From: a virus
IMG/VR virus record: IMGVR_UViG_3300013193_000001
DNA: 42,138 bases
Direction: 5' to 3' (one strand)
Shown here: piece by piece, positions 8,919-19,400 of the stretch
Layout of the letters: each line of letters starts with the position of its first letter
How positions within the stretch are numbered: the stretch's first letter is position 1
Notes under the pieces: model-generated
Told to the model about the DNA's origin: nothing
The model's input: only the letters and a program-made list of their open reading frames with translations
Databases searched by the model: none
Position numbers and translations under genes: made by a program

Positions 8919-10239
8919 CAATATGATGGTTCGCGAGATTGGGCATGCGTCGTCGCCGGCGTGGTCTCCGCGTGTTGGCCGGCCGGATGCGGTGTCGTGG
9001 GCGACACAGCAGGCGGAGTTTATGGAGATGCGTTCTACGGCGAAGGTTGCGCAGGTTGAGAACGCTATTCGTAAGCCGATTGAGCAGGCTGCTTGGTCTG
9101 TTGAGCCTAATGGTGCGCCTGCAGAGGTAGTCGAGCTGGTGTCGACTGACTTGCGTTTGCCGGTTAAAGGCGAAGATGGACAGGTGGCTCGCCGTACTGG
9201 TCGTGTCTCCTGGGATGAGCATTTGAAGATGGCCCTGGAAGCCGTGTTCACGGGTGTCGCTTTCTTCGAGCAGGTCTACGAACTAGGCGATGATGGGCGT
9301 CACCATTTGCGGAAACTGGCACCGCGCCCGAATATATCCATCCGTAAAATCCACGTCGCTTCTGATGGTGGTCTGGTGGGTATCACACAGCGTGGGGTGA
9401 AGGGTAGCAAAGATGTCTTCATCCCTGTGGAGCGCCTGGTGGCGTACCGGCATGGGCGGCGTGATGATACGTGGCAGGGCTCGAGTGTGTTTGCCCCGGC
9501 GCGGGATAATTGGCTTGAGCTGATGAAGATGGAGAAGCTTAATTCTCTGGTGATGCAGCGCAATGGCATGGGCATACCGAAGTATCAGGCATCTGAGCTT
9601 ACGGACCGGTCGCAGGTTCAAGAGGAGTTAAATCGTGGCCAGGAGCTAGCGGAGTCTTACGCTGCAGGTGAGGTTACTGCGTATTCTCTGCCGCCTGGGG
9701 CGAAGATGCCTGTAGAGGGTGTTTCTGGCACGTTGCCGGATATTGAAAAAGCGATGCAGTATCACGCTTCGCAGATTGCGATTGCATGCAACGCGACTCA
9801 CCTTAACTTGACGGGAGCGGGCGGTTCTTACGCATTGGCAAACGTTCAGTTGGGTGAGTTTATCCAGGGCTTGCAGTCCATTTCAGAATGGGTTTCTGAT
9901 ATAGCGTCGCAGCATATTGTCGAGGACTTGGTTCGGGTCGCATTCCCTTACTATGACGGGCCGGTGCCGCTGATTACCTCAACGCGCATTCAGGTCCAGA
10001 AGGACCTCACACCGGGCGATGTGTCACAGCTTGCGGCTCAGGGTGTGTTGACGAAGGAGCCGAACCTTGAGCAGTGGGTGCGGTCGACGTTCCGTATCCC
10101 TGCGGCCCGGTCGTTGTTTGAGGCGTTGAAAGCAAAGAAGTCACTGAGTGACGCGGAAGAAGAGCTGGGCGTCACCCTAACCCCGGAGGGTGAGAAACCT
10201 GCGGGGGAGAATAACAGCGGGGAGGTAGTAGATGAATGA
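8902..10239 (+). CDS. portal protein
   Basis: 445 aa between TerL and the prohead protease. Overlaps TerL by 17 nt. An alternative ATG lies at about 8923. Confidence 0.7.
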   Translation: MRSLADNMMVREIGHASSPAWSPRVGRPDAVSWATQQAEFMEMRSTAKVAQVENAIRKPIEQAAWSVEPNGAPAEVVELVSTDLRLPVKGEDGQVARRTGRVSWDEHLKMALEAVFTGVAFFEQVYELGDDGRHHLRKLAPRPNISIRKIHVASDGGLVGITQRGVKGSKDVFIPVERLVAYRHGRRDDTWQGSSVFAPARDNWLELMKMEKLNSLVMQRNGMGIPKYQASELTDRSQVQEELNRGQELAESYAAGEVTAYSLPPGAKMPVEGVSGTLPDIEKAMQYHASQIAIACNATHLNLTGAGGSYALANVQLGEFIQGLQSISEWVSDIASQHIVEDLVRVAFPYYDGPVPLITSTRIQVQKDLTPGDVSQLAAQGVLTKEPNLEQWVRSTFRIPAARSLFEALKAKKSLSDAEEELGVTLTPEGEKPAGENNSGEVVDE

Positions 10240-11716
10240 CCTGTTGATTTACGGCGATATTGGTTGGGAGAACACGGCCAAGCAAGTCCAGGAAAAGCTC
10301 AACGAGTTTGATGGCGCCCCTGTGCGAGTTCGCATTAATTCTGGCGGTGGTGATGTCTATGAGGGCATCGCCATCTTGAATACCCTGCGTGCTTATGCCG
10401 GTGACATCACTGTGGTGATTGAGTCGTTGGCGGCTTCTGCCGCGTCATTCATCGCGGTTGGTGCTGGCGGCCGAGTGGTGATTCGACCGAACGCGGAAGT
10501 GATGGTGCACAAAGCGTGGGCGATGCTTTCCGGTAATGCCGACGATATTGACAAGATGCGCGCCGACCTGGCCCGCCAAGACGTGAAGCTGGCGAAGATT
10601 TACGCCGACCGGGCCGGTGGTGCTCCCGACGATTGGTTGTCGGTTATGGCCGCGGAGACGTGGTACACCGCCGAGGAAGCGTTGGCTGCTGGGCTGGTGG
10701 ATGAGATTGAGGACGCTAAGCAGCCTGCGATGGCGTCGCTGGGGGCGATGCGTGCTCAATTTAAGTTCGCTAACCGGGCTGCGGCTCCGCCGCCGCCTGT
10801 CACCCGGTCGGAATCGGGGGACACAACTACGACGCCCAGTGATGGGCAGAAAGGGGATACAGTGAGTATTCTTAATCAGCTTGCCCAGGAGTTGGGTAAG
10901 AAGCCGGAGGACGTGCAGAACGCACTCTCCGGCTTTTTTAATGAGACCGTCAAGATTTCCGGTGACGTTGATGTGACCTACCCGGATGACGTGAAGATTG
11001 TTCCAACGGAGCGCATCACCGTTGACGCGAAGATTGGTGATACTACCGCCGATGATGAGCAGGTTGAGGTAATCCCGGAGGGGACTGAACCGCAGCCGAC
11101 CCCTGGCGCGGTGGAGTTGGCGAAGTCCGCAGGGCTCACGTTCACCATGGGCGATGTGGCGGATGGTTTCGAGGCCACCGTGGATGAGGGTGGCACGGTA
11201 ACGGTCACTGCACCTTCCGGAGCTGAGGTTGGCTCGACCGCTGAGTTCACTGTGATGGTGAATGATACAGCGGTGCCACTATCTGTGACGGTGCGTGCAC
11301 TGTCGGAGGATACTAACGACGGTGAAAGCGCTGAGGGAGATGCCCCCGCTGCCCCGGTTAGTGGAGAAGCTGCGGCGGACGTGGTCACCGTTCCGCGTGC
11401 TGTGTGGGACGAGTATATGGCTGACCGGGCGAAGTACTCCGCAAAGCTCGCAGAGGACAAGCGCCGAGCGCTCGAAGCCAAAGTTGATGGTCATATTCGT
11501 GAAGGCCGATACTCTGCAGGCCACCGTGCGGCAGCTATCGCCGCTTACCAGACTGACCCGGTCGCTGCGGAAAAGATTTGGGGCAACCTCCCAAAGAACG
11601 TGGCTGTGCCCGTACAGGAACTTGGCCATTCCGGTGATGTTGCCGGCATGACCAAGGCTGAGAAGCTACGTGCCAAGGCCGCGGCTAACCGTCAGAATAA
11701 GAAGGAGAATAAGTAA
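10232..11716 (+). CDS. ClpP-like (S14) prohead protease fused to a scaffold-like C-terminal region
   Basis: N-terminus RINSGGGDVYEGIAILNTL...ESLAASAASFIAVGAG matches the ClpP fold signature. The C-terminal 300 aa is acidic and Ala-rich, ending in a K/R-rich tail. Confidence 0.75.
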   Translation: MNDLLIYGDIGWENTAKQVQEKLNEFDGAPVRVRINSGGGDVYEGIAILNTLRAYAGDITVVIESLAASAASFIAVGAGGRVVIRPNAEVMVHKAWAMLSGNADDIDKMRADLARQDVKLAKIYADRAGGAPDDWLSVMAAETWYTAEEALAAGLVDEIEDAKQPAMASLGAMRAQFKFANRAAAPPPPVTRSESGDTTTTPSDGQKGDTVSILNQLAQELGKKPEDVQNALSGFFNETVKISGDVDVTYPDDVKIVPTERITVDAKIGDTTADDEQVEVIPEGTEPQPTPGAVELAKSAGLTFTMGDVADGFEATVDEGGTVTVTAPSGAEVGSTAEFTVMVNDTAVPLSVTVRALSEDTNDGESAEGDAPAAPVSGEAAADVVTVPRAVWDEYMADRAKYSAKLAEDKRRALEAKVDGHIREGRYSAGHRAAAIAAYQTDPVAAEKIWGNLPKNVAVPVQELGHSGDVAGMTKAEKLRAKAAANRQNKKENK

Positions 11717-12106
11717 ATGTCGAACCCAACTTTCCGTTCCGGCCCTATCTCGTTTGAGGTTGCGGCCGACACTGAAAAGTTCCGTCTCGTCACTGTTGAT
11801 GAGAACGGCAAGATTAAGCATGCTGATGCGTCCGGCGCTGTCTTTGGTGCAGTAACCGAGGCGGGTCGAGTAGAGCCGAAGGAGCCTGGTGCCGCAACCA
11901 TCGCAGTTCACTATGGCCCTGCTGCGGTGAAGCTCGAGACCGACGGTGCTATTAAGGCTGGCGCTGCGGTATTCGCCGCGGCTGACGGCAAGGCTTCCGC
12001 ATCTGGTTCCGTACAGGTGGGCGTGGCTGTCCGCGACACTGAGAACGGTAAGACCCTGACCATCCTCAACCAGCTGCCTGCCGTGGCAGCTGCTGCTGAA
12101 TCCTAG
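11717..12106 (+). CDS. head decoration protein (DUF2190-like)
   Basis: 129 aa, Gly/Ala-rich, between the protease/scaffold and the major capsid gene, as in the lambda D position. Confidence 0.5.
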   Translation: MSNPTFRSGPISFEVAADTEKFRLVTVDENGKIKHADASGAVFGAVTEAGRVEPKEPGAATIAVHYGPAAVKLETDGAIKAGAAVFAAADGKASASGSVQVGVAVRDTENGKTLTILNQLPAVAAAAES

Positions 12107-12119
12107 GAGGAACACCCTA

Positions 12120-13061
12120 ATGAGCACTAACAACTCGTATTTCGATGACCTGAAGTACCTGTCCGTCGAGGACATCCTGACCTCCTCGGAACTCATCGAG
12201 GGCGCTGTCAACGAGCTGCTGGAAGGCGAACAGGCCTATGAGCTGATTTTCGACCCGTTTAGCACGGGTGGCAAGCTGACCGTTGGCTACAACCTGGATT
12301 CCGCGCCTGGCCTGGATGAGGAAGCCCAGACTATTGCGGAGTTTGGGGAAATTCCGGTGGGAGACCCGTCCCGTGGTGAGCGCCGCCATACTGACTTGCT
12401 GCCTGCTGGTATTGGTGTCCGCGTGTCCTATTCGCAGCGCAACTTCACTTCCGGCGCTGCGGTGCAGCGTGAGCTGCTTGGTCGTGCAGCAGAAATTCGC
12501 CGCAAGAATGGCCGTGACGCGCTCGCTGCTTTCGCTGCAGTTGACGACCAGGTGGAGGAGTTGCCGGTCGCGGCGAAGTGGAACACTGCGGACGCGAAGG
12601 CTATGGATGACCTCTATGCTGCTGATGACTTGCTTGCGGGAGCGGTCGACCATGAGGGGCGACGCTTTGGTTACGCCGGTCGCTATATCTGGGCGAACCG
12701 CCGCACCATTAATGCCCTGAAGCGTAACAAGCAGGTCACTGAACTGTACGTGGGGGATATGGCGCACGCTGACCCGCGCTTTACCCCGATTGGCCGCCAG
12801 CCGGTCATCGGTGAACAGTTCGAGCTCGTCGTAGACGACGGCATGGAAGATGGCGTTGCCTACGTGATGTCTGAGACCCTCACCGGTGGTCTTGGTACCC
12901 GCTTTGAAGCTGAGGAACCGCGATTCTCTGATTGGTATGAGGAGGGCGGTCAGTCCGGTATGGGTGGCCCTCGTCTGACCTGGCGCTCGGATTATGTGCA
13001 CTTCCGTTCCTTGGTTGTGCGCGCTCCGAAGGCGCTTGTGAAGATCACTGGCGCTATTTAG
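12120..13061 (+). CDS. major capsid protein
   Basis: 313 aa following decoration/scaffold genes. High-expression context: strong RBS GGAGGAACAC. Confidence 0.7.
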   Translation: MSTNNSYFDDLKYLSVEDILTSSELIEGAVNELLEGEQAYELIFDPFSTGGKLTVGYNLDSAPGLDEEAQTIAEFGEIPVGDPSRGERRHTDLLPAGIGVRVSYSQRNFTSGAAVQRELLGRAAEIRRKNGRDALAAFAAVDDQVEELPVAAKWNTADAKAMDDLYAADDLLAGAVDHEGRRFGYAGRYIWANRRTINALKRNKQVTELYVGDMAHADPRFTPIGRQPVIGEQFELVVDDGMEDGVAYVMSETLTGGLGTRFEAEEPRFSDWYEEGGQSGMGGPRLTWRSDYVHFRSLVVRAPKALVKITGAI

Positions 13062-13076
13062 GGAAGGGGGTAAGGC

Positions 13077-13439
13077 ATGAAGCAAGTTCGTCTTGCCAAG
13101 GCTGCCCGCTACCCTCTGGGGTCTACGGTGGTGCATCGTTCTGGTGAAGTCATCGAGGTTGAAGACAAAGACTTCGATGCCCTCGTTGAACTGGGGGTGG
13201 TAGCTGTCGAGCCGGCGGAGTCGCCCGCCCCAGAGCCTGCCGAAGAATCGGAGGCCCCGCCGGCACCTGAAACAGCTTTGACTGTTTCGGAGTCTGGCTA
13301 TCCGGCGTTGCCGAAGAAGACCGCTCCTGTTGCGGAGTGGAAAGAGTATGCCCGCCGGAATGGGATTAAGCTCACCGGATTAACCAAGCGCAACGAGATT
13401 ATGGGCTTTGTTACTAAGACTGTTAATCAGTCGCGCTAG
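13077..13439 (+). CDS. hypothetical protein with acidic Pro-rich linker and Rho_N/HeH-like C-terminal motif
   Basis: The C-terminal EWKEYARRNGIKLTGLTKRNEIMGFV resembles Rho N-terminal/HeH DNA-binding motifs. Confidence 0.45.
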   Translation: MKQVRLAKAARYPLGSTVVHRSGEVIEVEDKDFDALVELGVVAVEPAESPAPEPAEESEAPPAPETALTVSESGYPALPKKTAPVAEWKEYARRNGIKLTGLTKRNEIMGFVTKTVNQSR

Positions 13440-13460
13440 ACCTTAAGGAGGGGAGGGCAG

Positions 13461-13919
13461 ATGAATATCTCCGTTGATGATGTTGCTGACGTTTTCCCGC
13501 GACCCTTGCTGGATGAAGAACGCTCGCGTGTAGAGGCGCTGATTGAGCAGTCTTATGAGCTTATCGAGTTGGAGTTTGCTCGGCGTGGGCGTGATTTCCA
13601 GAGTGAGGTTGCTGGTTCTCGGTGGCTGCAGCTTGCAACAAAGCAGGCTGTACGTGCGATGGTGTTTCAGGCTGTCCTCATTGGCGACAATGTGGGTGTT
13701 GCCTCGGCGTCGTCGACTACGGGCCAGGAGTCCGATTCGGTGACGTACTCGCAGGGGCTTCGGTTTCACTGGGGCGGTGTGGGAATTGACGATGCGATTC
13801 TAGACCTGTTGGGTCTTGGCGTTGGTGGGTTCCCACGCGGTCGTGGTGGCCGTGTCATTCCGTATGGGCGGCGCACTGCGTTTCGTGGTGCAGAGTTCAG
13901 TGAGCGGGGTGCATGTTGA
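13461..13919 (+). CDS. head-tail connector (gp6-like adaptor)
   Basis: Position after the capsid gene; 152 aa; GGAGGGGAGGG RBS. Confidence 0.5.
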   Translation: MNISVDDVADVFPRPLLDEERSRVEALIEQSYELIELEFARRGRDFQSEVAGSRWLQLATKQAVRAMVFQAVLIGDNVGVASASSTTGQESDSVTYSQGLRFHWGGVGIDDAILDLLGLGVGGFPRGRGGRVIPYGRRTAFRGAEFSERGAC

Positions 13920-14248
13920 GCGAAGCAGTCATTATTCATGGTGCTGCCGGTGGTGTGGATGATGATGGTTATCCGGTGCCGGGGTTGCCTGACCGTGAGG
14001 TGTGGGTGAAGTCGGTTCAGCCGTTGTCGTTGTCTGAGATGTCGGATGAAGACAAGCAGGGGACGAAGGACATTCTGCGCGTGTGGGCGCCGGCCGGGAC
14101 TGAGGTTGCCGATGGTGACGAGGTCACGGTTCGCGGTAAGCGGTATCAGGTGCGTATTACTGCGTGGGACTGGTCTAAACACCGTCGTCCTGTGTACAGG
14201 CGGCATTTTCCGTCTGTGGTTTTTGATTGCGTGAGGGGTGAGGGCTAG
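13913..14248 (+). CDS. head-tail joining / head closure protein
   Basis: 111 aa; synteny; overlaps its neighbours. Confidence 0.5.
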   Translation: MLSEAVIIHGAAGGVDDDGYPVPGLPDREVWVKSVQPLSLSEMSDEDKQGTKDILRVWAPAGTEVADGDEVTVRGKRYQVRITAWDWSKHRRPVYRRHFPSVVFDCVRGEG

Positions 14249-14532
14249 TGGCTAAGGTTGGTAAACCTCGGCTGAATATTCCGGATTCTTGGTACAAGAA
14301 GAATCTTTCCTCGTTGGCCCCGCAGTTGGAGTCGAAGGTACAGGCGGTCGCTGGTTCCGTTGAGGGTGATGTTCCGGTGACGGTGACGATGAAGACCGAT
14401 AGTCATGGTCGCCCCGTCGCGCTCGTAACGTTGGCTCATGCGAAAGGTCTGGCTATGCAGGCAAAGCACGGCACATTGACGCGTGCCGCTGCGTCGCAGG
14501 GGCTGGATGTGCACCGCTATAGTCCGAGGTGA
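14248..14532 (+). CDS. hypothetical tail component (neck protein)
   Basis: 94 aa; synteny. Confidence 0.45.
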   Translation: MAKVGKPRLNIPDSWYKKNLSSLAPQLESKVQAVAGSVEGDVPVTVTMKTDSHGRPVALVTLAHAKGLAMQAKHGTLTRAAASQGLDVHRYSPR

Positions 14533-14924
14533 CGCAGTTGGATTACTTCATTCAGCGTAATGCCCCGGAGGTCATTCGCCGCGCTTTGCGTGGCGTGATG
14601 GCGAAGCCGATTAGGGTTGCGGCGGCTATCCCGCAGGGCTGGTCGGTTGATGATGGCCCGGTAGTCACGGTGTCGAGTGATGGTTTTCCACGCTCGGGCC
14701 GTGCTACGTCGACTGAGAATGTGCGTGTGAACGTGTACGGCAAGTTTGAGCCGGAAGTTCGACGTGTAGCTAGTGAGATTAACGCTTGGCTTTTAAACCC
14801 CCACTCTGTTGGGGGTTTTCGTATTTCCCCCGGCCCGGTCCTCATTGTGAAAGATGAGGACGTTAAGGGTTGGGTCGCTGCGGTCACGGTCGTGGCTGCT
14901 TCAACTAAGAAAGGACTTTCCTAA
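14529..14924 (+). CDS. tail terminator / completion protein
   Basis: 131 aa immediately upstream of the major tail protein; GTG start overlapping the previous stop. Confidence 0.5.
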   Translation: MTQLDYFIQRNAPEVIRRALRGVMAKPIRVAAAIPQGWSVDDGPVVTVSSDGFPRSGRATSTENVRVNVYGKFEPEVRRVASEINAWLLNPHSVGGFRISPGPVLIVKDEDVKGWVAAVTVVAASTKKGLS

Positions 14925-15623
14925 ATGACTACCCCTAACACTGACCAGGGCACCCAGACTCTGGAAACTGACCGCGCCCGGATGATTGACGTCTGGAAGG
15001 ACGCGGAGGTCTACACCTCTACCGAATCTGACCCGAAGATTGGCCTTGATGGTTCGTTTGACCCGAAGGTCTGGAAGTTCGTAGGCCTTCTCAACGATGG
15101 TTCCGCCATCACCCAGGAGCCGGAGGTTGACCGTACCGAAATCAACTCGTTTGGTGGCGTGCTGCAGCTGCTTAACAACAAGTTCAAGAAGGACGTTCGT
15201 GGTTTCGATGCGCTCGAAATGAACGACGTGACTTTCCCGCTGCTGTGGCCGGGCTCTGACTTCAAGGAGGGCGAACCGGGTGTTCTGATGGCGCCGGAGA
15301 ATCCTGCCGAGGTTTTCATTGCGTTCAAGACCACCAACAGCTTCGGCGATATTTACATTGATGTGTCTCGTCGCCGTGCTCTGGTGTACGCGGATTCCGG
15401 TAATGAGCGTAACGATGATGGCGCTTCCGTAACTCAGTTTAAGGCGGAGATTCGTAAGGACCAGTTCGGCGCACTGTATGACTACCTGCGTCTGCGTGGT
15501 GACGATACGCCGGATGAGCTGCCGGAGGTTATTCGTTTCTCTGAGGATAAGAACGACACTGGCGACGCTGCGGAGGAAGCTCCGTCTCGCGGCGCTGACA
15601 CCGAGGCTGGCGCTTCGGCGTAG
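14925..15623 (+). CDS. major tail protein
   Basis: 232 aa; AGGA RBS; lies before the chaperone G/GT pair; a strong hairpin follows. Confidence 0.7.
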   Translation: MTTPNTDQGTQTLETDRARMIDVWKDAEVYTSTESDPKIGLDGSFDPKVWKFVGLLNDGSAITQEPEVDRTEINSFGGVLQLLNNKFKKDVRGFDALEMNDVTFPLLWPGSDFKEGEPGVLMAPENPAEVFIAFKTTNSFGDIYIDVSRRRALVYADSGNERNDDGASVTQFKAEIRKDQFGALYDYLRLRGDDTPDELPEVIRFSEDKNDTGDAAEEAPSRGADTEAGASA

Positions 15624-15629
15624 GTCGAT

Positions 15630-15665
15630 GGGGTAGGGGAGATTTTGGCAGACCGCCCCTACCCC
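15630..15665 (+). terminator. strong hairpin (terminator/attenuator) after major tail gene
   Basis: Perfect 10-bp inverted repeat GGGGTAGGGG (15630-15639) / CCCCTACCCC (15656-15665). No classic U-tract, which is common in actinobacteria. Confidence 0.5.
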
Positions 15666-15728
15666 TACCCCTAACCCCAAGGTCTGCCCAAGTTTCTTAC
15701 TAAACAACTCAATGTGAAAGGGTCTGCC

Positions 15729-16085
15729 ATGACTACTCGCAAGAAAAAGAACGACAACATCGACCCCAAGGACGCCACCGGCGCCCAGGCCGAAGCCATC
15801 GAAGAAACCACCACCGACACCCCAGACGAGAACATCGAATACCCCACCTTCACCATCGATGTGGATGGCGAAGAAATTGAGATTGAAGATCGCTGGACTC
15901 GTGAAGCAGCTCCTGCCGGCATGATGTTCGTGTTCCACGAGCGTTACGCACAGAAGTACATTCCGAGTGTGCTTGAAGCCATTATTGGTGAAGACCAGGT
16001 CTTTAAGCTCATTGACCTTGGCCTGTCTGTTGAGGAATTTCGTCAGGTGTTTGAGGCGTGGGGTGAGCGCCGCCAGGGAAAATAA
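15729..16085 (+). CDS. tail assembly chaperone (gpG-like)
   Basis: Acidic 118-aa protein between the major tail and tape measure genes; ends with the slippery site GGGAAAA. Confidence 0.7.
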   Translation: MTTRKKKNDNIDPKDATGAQAEAIEETTTDTPDENIEYPTFTIDVDGEEIEIEDRWTREAAPAGMMFVFHERYAQKYIPSVLEAIIGEDQVFKLIDLGLSVEEFRQVFEAWGERRQGK

Positions 16086-16441
16086 GGCTGCTGTACTTCA
16101 TTGCTCAGCATGAGGATTTGGTGGAGGTTGATTTTCAGCGTTTCTACCACCTGGATTACCGCGACTTCTACCGCCCTAGTGGGGGCGCGTCGCGCATGAC
16201 TCTGCGACGCATGCTGTTGCTTGCGGAGCATTTGCCGCCGGAGTCCCTGTTTCACTCCGTGGTGCAAGACCGTCCACCTGTCAGTGAGATTTCTTCGGTC
16301 CTGATGGATATTTGGTCAAGTCTGACTGAGCAAAAGCATCCACGCTGGGAGCAGCTTAAGCGTGAGCGTCGCGCCAAAGAGCGCGAAATTGCAATGCAAC
16401 GGGCTCGTGAGCGAGCCAGGGAGTTTAACGCCGCAGGATAA
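15729..16441 (+). CDS. tail assembly chaperone G-T fusion produced by -1 programmed ribosomal frameshift at 16076-16082
   Basis: Heptamer G GGA AAA sits at the last two codons before the TAA. The -1 frame (positions congruent to 2 mod 3) is open from 16076 to 16441 and encodes ...GKIRLLYFIAQHEDLVEVDFQRFYH... Confidence 0.7.
16076..16082 (+). promoter_or_regulatory. -1 programmed frameshift slippery heptamer GGGAAAA
   Basis: X XXY YYZ pattern, in frame with the G gene, 1 codon before its stop. Confidence 0.7.
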
Positions 16442-16473
16442 CCCCTGCGGCTCTTTTTGATGGAGGTTTCCTA

Positions 16474-19400
16474 ATGAGCGCAGCAGGCTATGCAGTTTTG
16501 CCAACAACGGTGTCGTTGTCTGGAATTAACAAAGAGCTGCAGTCGCAGCTTTTGGCACCTGCATCGAAGGCGGCGAAGAAGGCCGGCGACTCCATCGAGA
16601 AGGGCATCTCCAAGGGCACCGACAATGCAGCGGCGAAGGTCGAGAAGGCGAATTACCGCGTTAAGAAATCCTCGGAAGAGTTGGCTGATGCTGAGGCGAA
16701 GCGTAACTCTGAGGTGTTGAAGTCTCAGGCTGCGGCGAAGCAGCTGGAAGCTGCGGAGTCGAAGCTGGCGGACATGAAGAAGTCTGGCAAGGCCAGCTCG
16801 GAGCAGTTGGCTAAGGCTGAAGGTGACGTGTTCACCAAGCGCGCCAAGGTTGAGACTGCTGCGCAGAATGTTGAGAAGGCTGAGCGTGGCGTCGAAAAGG
16901 CCATGGCGGAATCGAAGCGTGCCTCCGATTCTCTCGCCACGGCGCAGAAAGACCTCGAGAATGCCACGGACGAAGCCACCGGTGCAACCCGGGAGTTTGG
17001 CGACGCCGCGGCTGACGCCGACGGCAAGGGCCAGGGGTTTGAGGTCTCTCTGGGCAAGATTGCCGCCGCCGGTGCCGTGGTAGTTGGTGCTGTCGGCGCG
17101 GCTGGTAAAGCTGCGTATGACATTGGTGCCCAGTTTGATGATGCGTATGACACGATCCGTGCGGGCACTGGTGCTAGTGGTGCTGCGTTTGAGGAGCTGC
17201 AGGATTCGATGCGCAAGGTCGCTGGCGAGTCCATTGGTGTTGGCTCCGATATGGGGGCTATTGGCTCGACGCTGGCGGATCTGAATACACGTCTTGGTTT
17301 GACTGGTGAGCCGCTTGAGAAGATGACGGCTCAGTTCATGCAGCTGCAGAACCTCGGCGTGGATGCCGACATCAACGAGGTATCGAAGGCCATGTCTGGC
17401 TTTGGTATCGAGGCGAAGGACATGCCGGCCGCGCTGGATGAGTTGTTCCAAGTGTCGCAGGCGACTGGGTTGACGATTACTGAGTTGTCGCAGTCGGCGG
17501 TTAAGGCTGGCCCCGTTTTGCGCGGGTTCGGGTTCTCGATGGCTGATTCTGCTGCGCTTGTGGGCCAGATGGATAAGGCCGGTCTGGATGCGGATAAGAC
17601 GCTGCAGTCGATGCAGCGTGCGCTGGCGGAGTTTGCGTCTGAGGGGCGCGATGCGCCGGAGGCGTTGAAAGAAACGATCGGCAGTATCGAGGAGCTTATC
17701 AATGCGGGTGATGATGCTGCAGCGATTGATATGGCGTCCAATATTTTCGGCACTCGTGGTGCCGCCCAGTTTGTGGATGCGGTGAAGACCGGCACTCTGT
17801 CTGTGGATGATTTCATGGATGCGACTGGTGCCACCTCGGACACGATTGGGGGACTGGCAGAGGAGACCGCTGATTTCTCCGAGCGGTGGGACCAGTTTAA
17901 GAACCAGGCGGTCCTGGCGTTGGAGCCTATCGCGACGAAGATTTTTGATTCTTTAGTCCCGGCTCTGGATAGAGCTCAGGGTGCTTTTGAGTTCACTTTG
18001 GGCGCGGTGAAAGGGTTTGCCGAGTGGGTGCAGAAGAGTAAGGATTGGCTGCTGCCGTTGGGGACTGGTCTGACGGTTGTTGCTGGTGGGCTGGCTGCGG
18101 TTGCTTTCCAGCAGAAGATTATTGCCGCCGGCGGTTTGATTAAGTGGTTCAAGAGCCTGTCTAGTGTCACGAAGTTGATGACCGGCGTGCAGGCGGCGTT
18201 CAACATGGTGATGGCTGCGAACCCGATTGCGCTTATCACCATTGCGATTGCCGGCCTGGTGGCTGGTCTAGTGGTGTTCTTCACCAAGACCGAGACGGGC
18301 CGCAAGATGTGGGAATCCTTCACGGAGGCTCTCGGCGCCGGCTGGGATTGGGTAGTCGAGAAGTTTCAGGCTGGCCTGGATTGGGTGCAGTCTACTTTCG
18401 GCCCGGTGTTCTCTCAGATTGGTGACATGATTTCTGGCGCGTGGGATGCGACGGTGGAAAAGGTCACTGGCGCTGTCGATAGGGTGAAGGAGATTTTTTC
18501 CGGAGCCCTTGATTTCTTGAAGACTGGTGACACGACTGACTATGCCGCTGCTCTGGGTATTAGTGAGGATTCCCCAATCTTCACGGCTCTGACGTTCTTC
18601 CGCGACCGCGTTGTGGACCTGAAGAACATCGCCGTGGCTTCTTGGGATTTCATGAAGGCCAAGTGGTCCGAGTTCACCACTGGATTCGGCCAGTTCTATC
18701 AGACGTGGATTTCTCCGGTTGTCGGCTTTATCGGTACTGCGTTCGGTGTACTGAAAGACATTGCAGTTGGCGCCTGGCAGGCCATGCAAGATAAGTGGTC
18801 GGAGTTCACCCAGGGCTTTGGTGAGTTCTACCAAGCCTGGATTGCGCCGATTGTTGACGTGATGATGACGGGCTTCCAAGTTTTGGGCTCTGTTGTGTCT
18901 GCGGCGTTTAACGGTATTTGGACGGCTATCCAGTTCGTTGGCAGCGTCATTTCTGCTGTGTGGTCTGGGGCGATTCAACCCGTCCTGTCGCTGTTCATGT
19001 CGGTGGTTCAGTCGGTGGCGTCGTTTGTCGTGCCGATTTTCACCGCTGTGATTGGCGGCGCTTTCCGCACGATGGGTTCGCTTATTTCCAACGTGTGGAA
19101 CGGTGTTATTAAGCCCGCGTGGGATTTCTTCCGTAACGCTGCCGGCCTGCTGGCAGACGTTCTCACGGGCAACTTCTCGAATATCCGTAATCGGTTCAGC
19201 TCGATGGGCCAGGCGATTTCCAACATCGTGCATGGCGTTATCAACTCGGCGATGAACTTTTTCAAGTCCATCTTCGAGAATGCGAAGCAGGTTGCCGCGT
19301 CGTTCGGTCAAGCGATTGGCCGGATGGTAGGTACGGTTCGCAACAAGATTGGCGAGATGATGGGCGTGCTCGGCCAGATTCCGGGCAAGGTCCAAGGCGT

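Noticed and set aside
7770-9251. 493-aa - strand ORF antisense to terminase/portal
   Set aside because: Antisense-frame composition (R/S/T/H-rich). It conflicts with well-supported + strand TerL and portal genes.
14901-15938. 345-aa - strand ORF antisense to the major tail gene
   Set aside because: Antisense shadow ORF with no RBS. The + strand genes are syntenic structural genes.
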